From the NCBI GenBank assembly GCA_964532505.1, contig CAZHIF010000006.1:13558-77557 (forward strand): a stretch of 64,000 nucleotides of DNA. Direction: 5' to 3'. The notes beneath the pieces are model-generated. The model did not search any database, was not told the origin of the DNA, and saw only the letters and a list, made by a program, of their open reading frames with translations. The first letter of the stretch is position 1, and every line of letters starts with the position of its first letter. Origin of the DNA: an uncultured Candidatus Peribacteria bacterium. GTDB lineage: Bacteria > Patescibacteriota > Gracilibacteria > CAIRYL01. Of this stretch, positions 20,848-28,601 are shown piece after piece. A program made the translations under genes and the position numbers.

Positions 20848-21975
20848 ATGGCTACTGTAACCCCTTTTCACATCTCAGAGGTTGACCTTCGAACCATTAT
20901 TAACGACTTTTTTTTAGTTCTCAGTCCAACGGAAAAAACGGTTATCACAAAACGTTTTGCATTAGATGACAAACCAAAGCAAACGCTCGAATCCATCGGA
21001 AGTTATTTCGACGTTACTCGAGAGCGAATCCGACAAATCGAAAACAATGCCATCAAAAAACTGCAGAGAAACGTGATGAATTCTCATTTGCGAAAGGTAA
21101 GTGAACTCTCTCGATCGGTACTCCAAGAAGCAGGAGGAATCATGATGACTGATCGTCTTATTTCAAAAGTGCTCAAATTGCTAAATTCCGATACTCCCTA
21201 TTCTGGAAACGTGGTTCGATTGGCATTGCGACTGGATAGAAATATCGACGAAGTGAAGCGAGATTTTGATTTTCATCCATTCCACCACTTCACAGAAGTA
21301 AGCATAGCGGATATTCAAAAAACCTTTAAAGCGATCCGAAAAAACCTACAAGAAAAGAAAGACGTATCATCTTTTGCCTCTATTTATAAAGATATTAAAG
21401 ATTTGATTCCTGTTTCCAAAGCAACGATGGAATCAATTGCCAGAACCAGTCCAAAGATTTTGGAAGTGGAAGAAGGATATGTGGGAATGACGAAATGGCG
21501 ACACATCAATCCAAAAAGCATTCGAGACAAAGCAATTCTCATCTTTAAGAAATATAAAAAACCACTGCACTTTATCGATCTTGCAAACAAAATTTCTGAA
21601 TTTGGAGATCCAAAACATGTGACAGTGCAAGCAGTGCACAACGATCTTATTCGATATGAAGACTTTGTACTGGTGGGGCGAGGAATGTATGCCCTTTCAC
21701 AATGGGGAATCCCTGCCGGAACGGTGATGGATATTATCGCAAAGATTTTGAAGGAAAAAGGAGCGATGAAGCGACAAGATCTCATACTAGAAGTGAAAAA
21801 ATATAGGGATGTGAAAAATAACACTATCTCTCTCAATCTGCAAAAAAGCCCAGCGTTTGTGCGAGTTGGACGTGCAGTATATGATTTTGATGAGTCTCAG
21901 TGGAGCTATCCAGAAGGAGGACGAGGTCGAGCATATTTGAAAAAAGAAGGGAAAGCAGGAGAATTGGAAGAATAA
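20848..21975 (+). CDS. sigma-70 region-4 HTH protein fused to two HARE-HTH-like modules
   Basis: LSPTEKTVITKRFALDDKPKQTLESIGSYFDVTRERIRQIENNAIKKL is sigma70 region 4. PLHFIDLANKI....VHNDLIRYEDFVLVGRGMYALSQWG and a second similar module resemble the RNAP delta-type HARE-HTH. Confidence 0.6.
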   Translation: MATVTPFHISEVDLRTIINDFFLVLSPTEKTVITKRFALDDKPKQTLESIGSYFDVTRERIRQIENNAIKKLQRNVMNSHLRKVSELSRSVLQEAGGIMMTDRLISKVLKLLNSDTPYSGNVVRLALRLDRNIDEVKRDFDFHPFHHFTEVSIADIQKTFKAIRKNLQEKKDVSSFASIYKDIKDLIPVSKATMESIARTSPKILEVEEGYVGMTKWRHINPKSIRDKAILIFKKYKKPLHFIDLANKISEFGDPKHVTVQAVHNDLIRYEDFVLVGRGMYALSQWGIPAGTVMDIIAKILKEKGAMKRQDLILEVKKYRDVKNNTISLNLQKSPAFVRVGRAVYDFDESQWSYPEGGRGRAYLKKEGKAGELEE

Positions 21976-21987
21976 TTAAAAAAAGGA

Positions 21988-22233
21988 ATGAAGAGGAAAT
22001 CTGCTATCCGACGGCTCAAGATCATTTCGGGGCAGATCGAAGGACTGGTGCGCATGTTAGAGTCGGAAGAGCGATGCGAAGCAGTTTTTCCGCAGATAAA
22101 AGCTATCAAAAATGCCTTTCATTCATTTTCCTCTGAAGTGACAAAAGAAATGATGAAAGAATGTGTTCCGCAGCTTTCGGATGATCAGGTGGAAAAAATG
22201 GAAACGATTATGAATCATTTTACAAAATTATGA
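21988..22233 (+). CDS. CsoR/RcnR/FrmR-family (DUF156) metal- or thiol-sensing repressor
   Basis: RRLKIISGQIEGLVRMLESEERCEAVFPQIKAIKNAF....KEC; 81 aa. Cys30 and Cys59 are present, but the position of the CsoR histidine is Met55. Confidence 0.75.
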   Translation: MKRKSAIRRLKIISGQIEGLVRMLESEERCEAVFPQIKAIKNAFHSFSSEVTKEMMKECVPQLSDDQVEKMETIMNHFTKL

Positions 22234-23879
22234 TTCGATTAGTACCCTATTGGCAAGCACTGGGAATATTTATTCTAGGAGGACTTTGTCTTCCTTTTCT
22301 TTTTCCTATCCCGCTGGGGAAAATCATACTCACTTCCCCCACTCTTTCCACTGAGCAGATTGCAAATCAGGTAAATAACACTCCTACACAGCAAGATAAG
22401 ATCTGGCAAATCAGTTTCGACAGTGCTCTATTACACGAAAAACACATGAGCATAGCAGAAGTATTGGCACGCATTATGCCAATTCTTTCGCTTAATGAAA
22501 GCACGGGAGAACTTTCTTCCGATCGATTTATTCTTCCTATCATCAAAAAAGCCTATGCATCACTCGAACAGCTTGCTTTTTTCCCATTAAACGACACCAC
22601 TCTTTTGAGAGATGTGGCACGTATAGCGCCATTTTCAGAAACAGAATTTCCTGCGCAGTGGTATGATGCCTCGGTGGCACAGTGGTATCCTGCGGTTGTT
22701 GTGCCACAAACCACATATCTTTCCGTGCTTCCGTTTAGCACTTGGCAAAGCGAATATCAGATGCAAAAAAAATTACAAGGAACTGATATTCAAATTCATT
22801 GGCACGATAAAAACACCACTTGGCTTTTGTGGTGGCAGATTATAGCATTATTGGTTTCAGGATTTTTGGGAATTGGCGAATATATGGCAAGAAGAAATCC
22901 CGACACAACAGTGAAATCAGAAGGATTTTCGGTAAGAGGGGTGTACATTGCACCTGCCAAAATTCCCAAAAAAATCCCTTCGTGGAAAGACCAAATCATC
23001 TCACGTATTTCACAAATCCACACCGCGCCAAAATATATCGTGAGAAGTGTAATTATTATGCTAAGTCTTGCTCTTTTTTTGCTCGATTTCCCCCGTTTTG
23101 AATATCAAAATACGTTCTATCTGCAAAATGAAAACCAGACAAAAGACGAAAAAACATTTACCGATGCAAAAGCACTCCTGATCCAATGGACAGAAAAGGG
23201 AGGAAGCTTTTCTAGTGCAATTTTTGAACCATTGCCAAAGAGTCGCGCAAAAATATTGATAGAAATACCTGAGAAAGGCATAGCTATAACACCTGAGAAT
23301 CTGCGTCCTCAAACCTTTGGAACAAAAATATTTTTTCCGTCTTTGGGGGATGCCATGACCATCACCAACAATGAGAATGAAGCAGAACAAGTCATTAAAA
23401 CCCTTTCAACGCAGTGGGGAGTGGAAAAGGTGAACTGGACATCTTCTGTACAGCAAACTACAGAACTCATTCCAAACTATTCCGCGCTTAAAGAAAATGG
23501 TATCAGCGCATTAGAAATTACGACCTTTCTCGATTTTATTGGCACTGGAAAGCATATTGGAGAAGTATTCCTTACGGCAGAAAAAAATGAAATGGGAACA
23601 GATCTCTCGGGATGGTTTTTGAAAAACACCAAAGGAGAACTGGTTTCGGCAAATAATGTGATCCTCAAAACCATGTCGAGCAACCCAAAAACTCCTCAAA
23701 CGATATATTTTTCTTTCAGCAATATTTTTGCGATTCTACCACTCTTTATATCATCACTTGATTTTCAACTCGTTTATCTAAAAAATCTTATCATACTGTT
23801 GATTATTGTGTTGGTGGAAATGGGAATTTTAATGTTTATTATTGCAAAAGTAGTCTATTCCAGAGTTTCTAGAAAGTAA
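22230..23879 (+). CDS. hypothetical polytopic membrane protein (2 large soluble loops), start overlaps csoR-like stop (ATGA)
   Basis: TM segments at the N-terminus, around residues 205 and 275, and at the C-terminus. Only weak by-eye resemblance to RND porter subdomains (e.g. TLLRDVARIAP). No firm family. Confidence 0.5.
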   Translation: MIRLVPYWQALGIFILGGLCLPFLFPIPLGKIILTSPTLSTEQIANQVNNTPTQQDKIWQISFDSALLHEKHMSIAEVLARIMPILSLNESTGELSSDRFILPIIKKAYASLEQLAFFPLNDTTLLRDVARIAPFSETEFPAQWYDASVAQWYPAVVVPQTTYLSVLPFSTWQSEYQMQKKLQGTDIQIHWHDKNTTWLLWWQIIALLVSGFLGIGEYMARRNPDTTVKSEGFSVRGVYIAPAKIPKKIPSWKDQIISRISQIHTAPKYIVRSVIIMLSLALFLLDFPRFEYQNTFYLQNENQTKDEKTFTDAKALLIQWTEKGGSFSSAIFEPLPKSRAKILIEIPEKGIAITPENLRPQTFGTKIFFPSLGDAMTITNNENEAEQVIKTLSTQWGVEKVNWTSSVQQTTELIPNYSALKENGISALEITTFLDFIGTGKHIGEVFLTAEKNEMGTDLSGWFLKNTKGELVSANNVILKTMSSNPKTPQTIYFSFSNIFAILPLFISSLDFQLVYLKNLIILLIIVLVEMGILMFIIAKVVYSRVSRK

Positions 23880-23921
23880 AATTCCGCATAGTGATTCAAA
23901 ATTTTGAACCATTATAAGATA

Positions 23922-24326
23922 TTAAAAAATCTCATCCTTCTGAAAAAACCGCATAATTTCCTCTTTTGCACTTTCTTCGGAATCGGACGAATGAAGAATA
24001 TTCCGCTGAAAATTGGTGGCATAATCCCCTCTCACAGTTCCTGGATCCAGCATACTTTTTCCCGTCATCGCCCGCACAATCTCTACCACATTTTCCCCTC
24101 TGAGCACTGCCACCAACACTGGCGCCATCTGCATATATAAAGACAATTCCTCAAAAAACGGCTCATGTACCACATGTGCATAATGCTCCCGCAAAAGCAC
24201 ATCGCCTAGCTTCATCATCTTGCAAGCGACCAATTGAAAATTTTTCCGCTCAAACCGCGTTAAAATCTCTCCACAAATTCCTCTAGTAACCGCATCTGGC
24301 TTCATCAAAATACAAGTCTGTTGCAT
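23922..24326 (-). CDS. ndk: nucleoside diphosphate kinase
   Basis: CILMKPDAV, FFEEL, GTVRGDYA, NILHSSDS (active-site His). Confidence 0.9.
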   Translation of the reverse strand: MQQTCILMKPDAVTRGICGEILTRFERKNFQLVACKMMKLGDVLLREHYAHVVHEPFFEELSLYMQMAPVLVAVLRGENVVEIVRAMTGKSMLDPGTVRGDYATNFQRNILHSSDSEESAKEEIMRFFQKDEIF

Positions 24327-24521
24327 AGGGTTTTTTCAAAAAAATGAGTATTGCCACTATTTGAAGGGTTTTAAAAAGAAAAGGCAAGAAAATATTTGAA
24401 GAGAATGAAAAATGTATTGATTTTATTTTAAAATAAGGTAAAGCAATTAACAGAAGGCTTATAAAGTTCTCCGCCTCTGCCCCTCCCTCTCAATTATTAG
24501 TATCTTCTTTATTATTATTTT

Positions 24522-25268
24522 TTATCCATTATTTACTTTTTTCTCCAATATCCACCAAAGCAACAAAAATAAAACCACTACAGACCCAAAAACCAGCCCA
24601 GCGCTCAGCCACACAGAAACATCAGAAGTTCCCAAAAATCCATATCGAAACCCGTTGATGATGTAGACCAGAGGATTATACAGTGAAAGCGTTTTCCAAA
24701 TACCAGAGAGCATGTGCACCGAATAGAACACTCCTCCCAAATAAATCATTGGAGTGAGGAAAAACGTTGGTACGATGCTAATATCATCAAATGTTTTGGC
24801 ATACACCGCGTTCAAAAGCCCCAAAAGAGAAAATAACATTGCACTTCCCACTGCAAAAAAAATCACCCACCCAAGATGCGCCAAATGAAATCCTGCAAAG
24901 AAAAAAGAAACAAGTAAAACCCCAAGCCCAGTGGAAAGACCTCTTACCACACCACCCGTTAAAAATCCGAGCAAAATCGTGAGACTTGACATAGACGAAA
25001 CCAAAAGCTCTTCCAGATGCTTCATCATCTTTGCCTGAAAAAACGAAGAAACCGTATTAGCAAATGAATTATTGATGATCGCCATCATAATGAGACCAGG
25101 AGCCAAAAACGCGCGATATGGCTCGCCTTCTGCTCCGCTCATAAACGTTCCAAAAATAAGGAAATAGAGAGAACTGGTGATGAGCGGTGGCAAAATAGTT
25201 TGCACCCAGATTTTACTAAACCGACGAATTTCTTTTCGAGTGAGTGTAAGATAGGCAGTAATCTGCAT
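24522..25268 (-). CDS. ABC-2 type transporter permease
   Basis: 248 aa, about 6 TM helices; lies downstream of the ABC ATPase on the same strand. Confidence 0.75.
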   Translation of the reverse strand: MQITAYLTLTRKEIRRFSKIWVQTILPPLITSSLYFLIFGTFMSGAEGEPYRAFLAPGLIMMAIINNSFANTVSSFFQAKMMKHLEELLVSSMSSLTILLGFLTGGVVRGLSTGLGVLLVSFFFAGFHLAHLGWVIFFAVGSAMLFSLLGLLNAVYAKTFDDISIVPTFFLTPMIYLGGVFYSVHMLSGIWKTLSLYNPLVYIINGFRYGFLGTSDVSVWLSAGLVFGSVVVLFLLLWWILEKKVNNG

Positions 25269-25334
25269 AGAAAAATAGGGAAAAGGAATACATTTTTAAG
25301 AGCACTCTTTTGAAGAAAAATTTTTTATACTTAC

Positions 25335-25355
25335 ATAATTTGTAATTCGTAATTC
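25335..25355 (+). repeat. three tandem heptads ATAATTT-GTAATTC-GTAATTC containing the ATTCGTAATT motif
   Basis: Lies in the intergenic spacer of the ABC operon. See the finding on the dispersed motif. Confidence 0.8.
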
Positions 25356-25389
25356 TTCAAACAATAACTCTCTTTAAAAGTCAAAAGCT

Positions 25390-26292
25390 TTATGCTGCGA
25401 TTAGCTGTTCTAGAGCGTTTTCTTTTGGCTTGATACTAATGAGATAGGGGGATAAAAACGAAAGCGATTCGAGCATTTGCAAAAGAGTTTTTTGGGGAGC
25501 AATGGTGAGCTGATACTCTTGCTCTGAAATTACTTGAAGCGAAGAAGTCTTCTTCACAAGATTGAGAATTTCTTTGGGAAGAGGACTTAAGAGCAGTAAA
25601 AACGCTTGCTGTTTATATTCTGCAATAACTTCTTTCACACTTCCTTCCAACACTTTTTTCCCTTTCGAAAGCAATACAAGCCGATTACACAGTTGTTCCA
25701 CTTCTTCTAGGTAGTGCGTGGTGAGCACAATAGTGGTGCCCGAAGCATGTAATTCTTTGAGAAAATCCCACATTCCCCTCCGAAGCTCCACATCCACCCC
25801 TGCTGTTGGCTCATCTAGTAAAAGGATTTTTGGTTTATGAATAAGCCCTCGGGCAATCATAAGTCGTCGTTTCATTCCTCCAGAAAGCGCCCGAGCCTCA
25901 GAAAATCGCTTTTCCCAAAGACTTAGTTTTTTTAGAAGATATTCGGCATACTCGATGCAATCTTTTTTCGCAATACCATAATACCCTGCTTGATCTGTGA
26001 TAATATCGATTACGCGAGCGAATGGAAAGAAATTGAACTCCTGTGGAACCACTCCAATGCACGCTTTCGCTTCTGAGAAATGAGTATCTAGATCAAACTT
26101 ATCAATCAGCACTTTTCCAGAAGTTTTTTGTATCAAACCAGAAAGAATGCTAATGGTAGTGGTTTTTCCTGCTCCGTTTTGTCCCAATAGTGCAAAAAAA
26201 TCACCCTTGGCAATGGAAAACGAAACATCCTCCACGGCATGTGTTCCATCGGCATAGGTTTTTTGGAGATGAGAAATAGTGCAAATGGACAT
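25390..26292 (-). CDS. ABC transporter ATP-binding protein
   Basis: Walker A GQNGAGKTT, signature LSGGMKRR, Walker B ILLLDEPTAGVD, H-loop TTHY. Confidence 0.9.
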   Translation of the reverse strand: MSICTISHLQKTYADGTHAVEDVSFSIAKGDFFALLGQNGAGKTTTISILSGLIQKTSGKVLIDKFDLDTHFSEAKACIGVVPQEFNFFPFARVIDIITDQAGYYGIAKKDCIEYAEYLLKKLSLWEKRFSEARALSGGMKRRLMIARGLIHKPKILLLDEPTAGVDVELRRGMWDFLKELHASGTTIVLTTHYLEEVEQLCNRLVLLSKGKKVLEGSVKEVIAEYKQQAFLLLLSPLPKEILNLVKKTSSLQVISEQEYQLTIAPQKTLLQMLESLSFLSPYLISIKPKENALEQLIAA

Positions 26293-26328
26293 AAAAAATA
26301 ATGAAAAGTAAACAATGAACAGTTAAAT

Positions 26329-26337
26329 AACTTATCA
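26329..26337 (-). promoter_or_regulatory. extended -10 element TGATAAGTT upstream of the ABC ATPase gene
   Basis: Minus-strand TGnTAAGTT 36 nt upstream of ATG 26292. Abuts the AATTACGAAT motif. Confidence 0.3.
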
Positions 26338-26346
26338 TTCGTAATT
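26337..26346 (+). repeat. ATTCGTAATT motif copy
   Basis: Intergenic, between the truncated mutS and the ABC ATPase gene. Confidence 0.8.
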
Positions 26347-26394
26347 GAGAAATCGGCGAAACAACAATTTTTGATAGCAAGTCTTGTCGAAACC

Positions 26395-27603
26395 TTATTT
26401 CGTAAAAAGAGCACTGCACGCTTCTGCCCAATTTTTCCATGGGCTATTCTCTGGAATTTTTTCGAGCATTGGGAGCAAAGCTTTCATTGATTCTAATGAT
26501 TTGGAGAGGCGAAGCACGTCATGGGGAGTGGCTCGAGAAAGGGCGAGTTTTCCCAAAATCCGTTCGATATCAGAGACTGCAGAAAATGTTTTTTCCAACG
26601 CTGTTTTCAGATCAGGATCTTTGACCAAATACTCTACCTTATCCAATCGGTTATCAATTTTGGATTTATCCGCCAAAGGCGACAAAAACCACTGGCGAAG
26701 CTTTCTGGCTCCCATTGCGGTTTTTGTGAAATCTACTTGAGCAAGTAATCCATGCCGAATTTCTCCATCACTTCCTGCAAATAATTCCAGATTCATCATA
26801 GTGCCATGATCGAGCTGCAACACGCCTTCATGCGTTTTTAAAACCACTTGAGAAATGTGTCGCATCGGCATTTTTTGTGTTTCATCAAGATAAGAAAACA
26901 GCAATGCCATCGCTTTTTGAAGAGATGCAGATTGTTCGATTCCCAGACTTTTAAGGGTTTTGGTTCCAAAAAAATCCTGCAAAAACTGCTCTGCATGTTC
27001 TGGTGCAAAATGCCGCGTCAGGCTTCCAGAGAAATAGGAAAACGATGGTGCCAATTCAGTGAATACCGAAGGAGTAAGCACCAATTCCGCAATATCAGAC
27101 TTCAAAAGCTCTCGCAATACTTCATCGAAAGAAGATTCTTGGGTGATGATTACCTGTCCCGTGGAAAGCTCGCATTGGACCAAAGAAAATGCGCACTGCT
27201 CCACATGCAAGGCTGCGATAAATCGGCTTTTCCCCTCTTCCAAAATCTGATCGGAAAGTGTTGTTCCAGGGGTGATGATGGAAACAATCTTGCGCTCTAC
27301 AATCCCAGGAAGCGAAGGATCCGAAACCTGTTCGGCAATCGCTACTTTTTTCCCTGCCTGTGTGAGTTTGGCAATGTATCGTTCTGCGGATTTGATGGGC
27401 ACTCCACACATCGGCACAGGATTTTCTGCGTTTTTATTGCGCGAAGTGAGTGCAATATCCAAAATTTCTGCAGCACATTCGGCATCAGAATGAAACATTT
27501 CATAAAAATCTCCAACCCGAAAAAACAAAAGAGCATCTCCTGCTTCTTTTTTGAGATCGGTATATTGACGCTCCATGGGGCTTTGAGAAGTGGGAGAAGG
27601 CAT
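26395..27603 (-). CDS. mutS: truncated MutS: mismatch-binding, connector and part of core domains only (no clamp, no ATPase); possible pseudogene remnant
   Basis: MERQYTDLK...FFRVGDFYEMF (Phe-x-Glu mismatch motif), PMCGVP, IAEQ, IITPGT. The ORF ends after 402 aa at a point equivalent to roughly residue 410 of the E. coli protein. An ABC operon follows 100 nt downstream. Confidence 0.8.
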   Translation of the reverse strand: MPSPTSQSPMERQYTDLKKEAGDALLFFRVGDFYEMFHSDAECAAEILDIALTSRNKNAENPVPMCGVPIKSAERYIAKLTQAGKKVAIAEQVSDPSLPGIVERKIVSIITPGTTLSDQILEEGKSRFIAALHVEQCAFSLVQCELSTGQVIITQESSFDEVLRELLKSDIAELVLTPSVFTELAPSFSYFSGSLTRHFAPEHAEQFLQDFFGTKTLKSLGIEQSASLQKAMALLFSYLDETQKMPMRHISQVVLKTHEGVLQLDHGTMMNLELFAGSDGEIRHGLLAQVDFTKTAMGARKLRQWFLSPLADKSKIDNRLDKVEYLVKDPDLKTALEKTFSAVSDIERILGKLALSRATPHDVLRLSKSLESMKALLPMLEKIPENSPWKNWAEACSALFTK

Positions 27604-27734
27604 GATTTTGACAAAAAAATGGACAGACTCATCCTATTCATTTTCTATATTTTTTTCCACCAATTTCCGTATAATATTCACATATTAATTTTATTTTTCG
27701 ATACAAAATAAAACATGAATATATAAAATCCACC

Positions 27735-28073
27735 TTATCCCTCAATCTTTCTCAACACCTCCTCAAAACTCGATTGCAATATTTGCACGCTCGCTAGCTT
27801 ACTGGAATCAAAAAAAGAAACAACCATCGCCCCATGAAATCCTCCCCATCGCTCACGAATCGCCCAAAATGCAGCAGATCCTTTTCTCTTGATATGATTT
27901 CGAACTACCGCCCGTTTATCAATTTTTTTGGAAACCACAAAGGCAATTGTCATCGGAGTTTTTGATTTTTTCCAAAGAACACGAAAAAAAGGAGTCTTAT
28001 ACGAAACTCCTTTTTTATACACATAGTCAATATCGGAAGATGACCGAAGCCGATACAAACGTGAAAGTGCCAA
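27735..28073 (-). CDS. rnpA: ribonuclease P protein component
   Basis: RLRSSSDIDYVYKKG, FVVSKKIDKRAVVRNHIKR basic motif; lies immediately downstream of rpmH. Confidence 0.8.
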   Translation of the reverse strand: MALSRLYRLRSSSDIDYVYKKGVSYKTPFFRVLWKKSKTPMTIAFVVSKKIDKRAVVRNHIKRKGSAAFWAIRERWGGFHGAMVVSFFDSSKLASVQILQSSFEEVLRKIEG

Positions 28074-28093
28074 ACAACTTTTTTAAAAAATAC

Positions 28094-28222
28094 CTACACA
28101 GTAAGCTCGTGTCTCCCTTTCGATCGTCGAGCCCGAAGCACTGCTCGCCCTCCTGGAGTTCTCATTCTAGCCAAAAACCCATGCGTTCGGCTTCGTTTTC
28201 TCTTATTTCCCTTCGACAACAT
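28094..28222 (-). CDS. rpmH: 50S ribosomal protein L34 (below the ORF-track size cutoff)
   Basis: Manual minus-strand translation gives [42 protein letters not shown] (42 aa), matching the L34 consensus. Ends 20 nt upstream of rnpA. Confidence 0.9.
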   Translation of the reverse strand: MLSKGNKRKRSRTHGFLARMRTPGGRAVLRARRSKGRHELTV

Positions 28223-28307
28223 AACAATTGATAAAAAATCTCACGTATAACAACAAAACATAGTTGGATTAAGAGGAAAAATCTGTGTGAACCTTCTTCA
28301 AAAATCC

Positions 28308-28384
28308 TGGTGGATCTGAGAGGATTTGAACCTCTGACCTCATGATTATCAGTCATGCGCTCTAACCACCTGAGCTACAGATCC
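28308..28384 (-). tRNA. tRNA-Ile (anticodon GAT), CCA encoded
   Basis: Reverse complement GGATCTGTAGCTCAGGTGGTTAGAGCGCATGACTGATAATCATGAGGTCAGAGGTTCAAATCCTCTCAGATCCACCA folds as a cloverleaf with anticodon loop CTGATAA. Confidence 0.9.
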
Positions 28385-28403
28385 GTAACAATAAAAAAAA
28401 ATT

Positions 28404-28478
28404 TGGCTGCCCGGGTTGGGATCGAACCAACGCATGGCGGAGTCAAAGTCCACTGCCTTACCGCTTGGCTACCGGGCA
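28404..28478 (-). tRNA. tRNA-Gln (anticodon TTG), CCA encoded
   Basis: Reverse complement TGCCCGGTAGCCAAGCGGTAAGGCAGTGGACTTTGACTCCGCCATGCGTTGGTTCGATCCCAACCCGGGCAGCCA. It has a U1:A72 pair and a 3-bp D-stem as in bacterial tRNA-Gln; anticodon loop CTTTGAC. Confidence 0.9.
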
Positions 28479-28601
28479 AAAAACGCCAAAGCATTTTTAC
28501 ACATTCAGCAAATAGAATGCAAGTTTTTTTAAAAAAATAATAAATTTATCAAAAACAGCCTATACTATCATAATTTTTGAAGGTGGTAGGTTATTATTGA
28601 C

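Noticed and set aside
23893-23912. Perfect AT-only palindrome TTCAAAATTTTGAA between the convergent membrane-protein and ndk genes, considered as a terminator or operator
   Set aside because: The stem has no G-C pairs and there is no flanking T-run asymmetry. Such palindromes arise easily in AT-rich spacers, so I did not call it.
25390-26292. The ABC ATPase directly downstream of truncated mutS as the missing MutS ATPase domain (both are ABC-superfamily)
   Set aside because: The protein is a standard ABC-2 exporter ATPase, with Walker A near the N-terminus, an LSGG signature and a paired permease gene. It has no MutS domain III/IV/V sequence, and its reading frame is separated from mutS by 100 nt containing stops.
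26848-27711. Long antisense ORFs: 26848..27711 (287 aa), 48239..49018 (259 aa), 59945..60877 (310 aa), 19123..19653, 18016..18426 and many shorter ones
   Set aside because: Each lies entirely opposite a confidently identified gene (mutS, atpA/atpH, the GH18 domain, yggS, leuB). They have low-complexity or Cys/Phe/Ser-rich translations with no motifs, typical of shadow ORFs.
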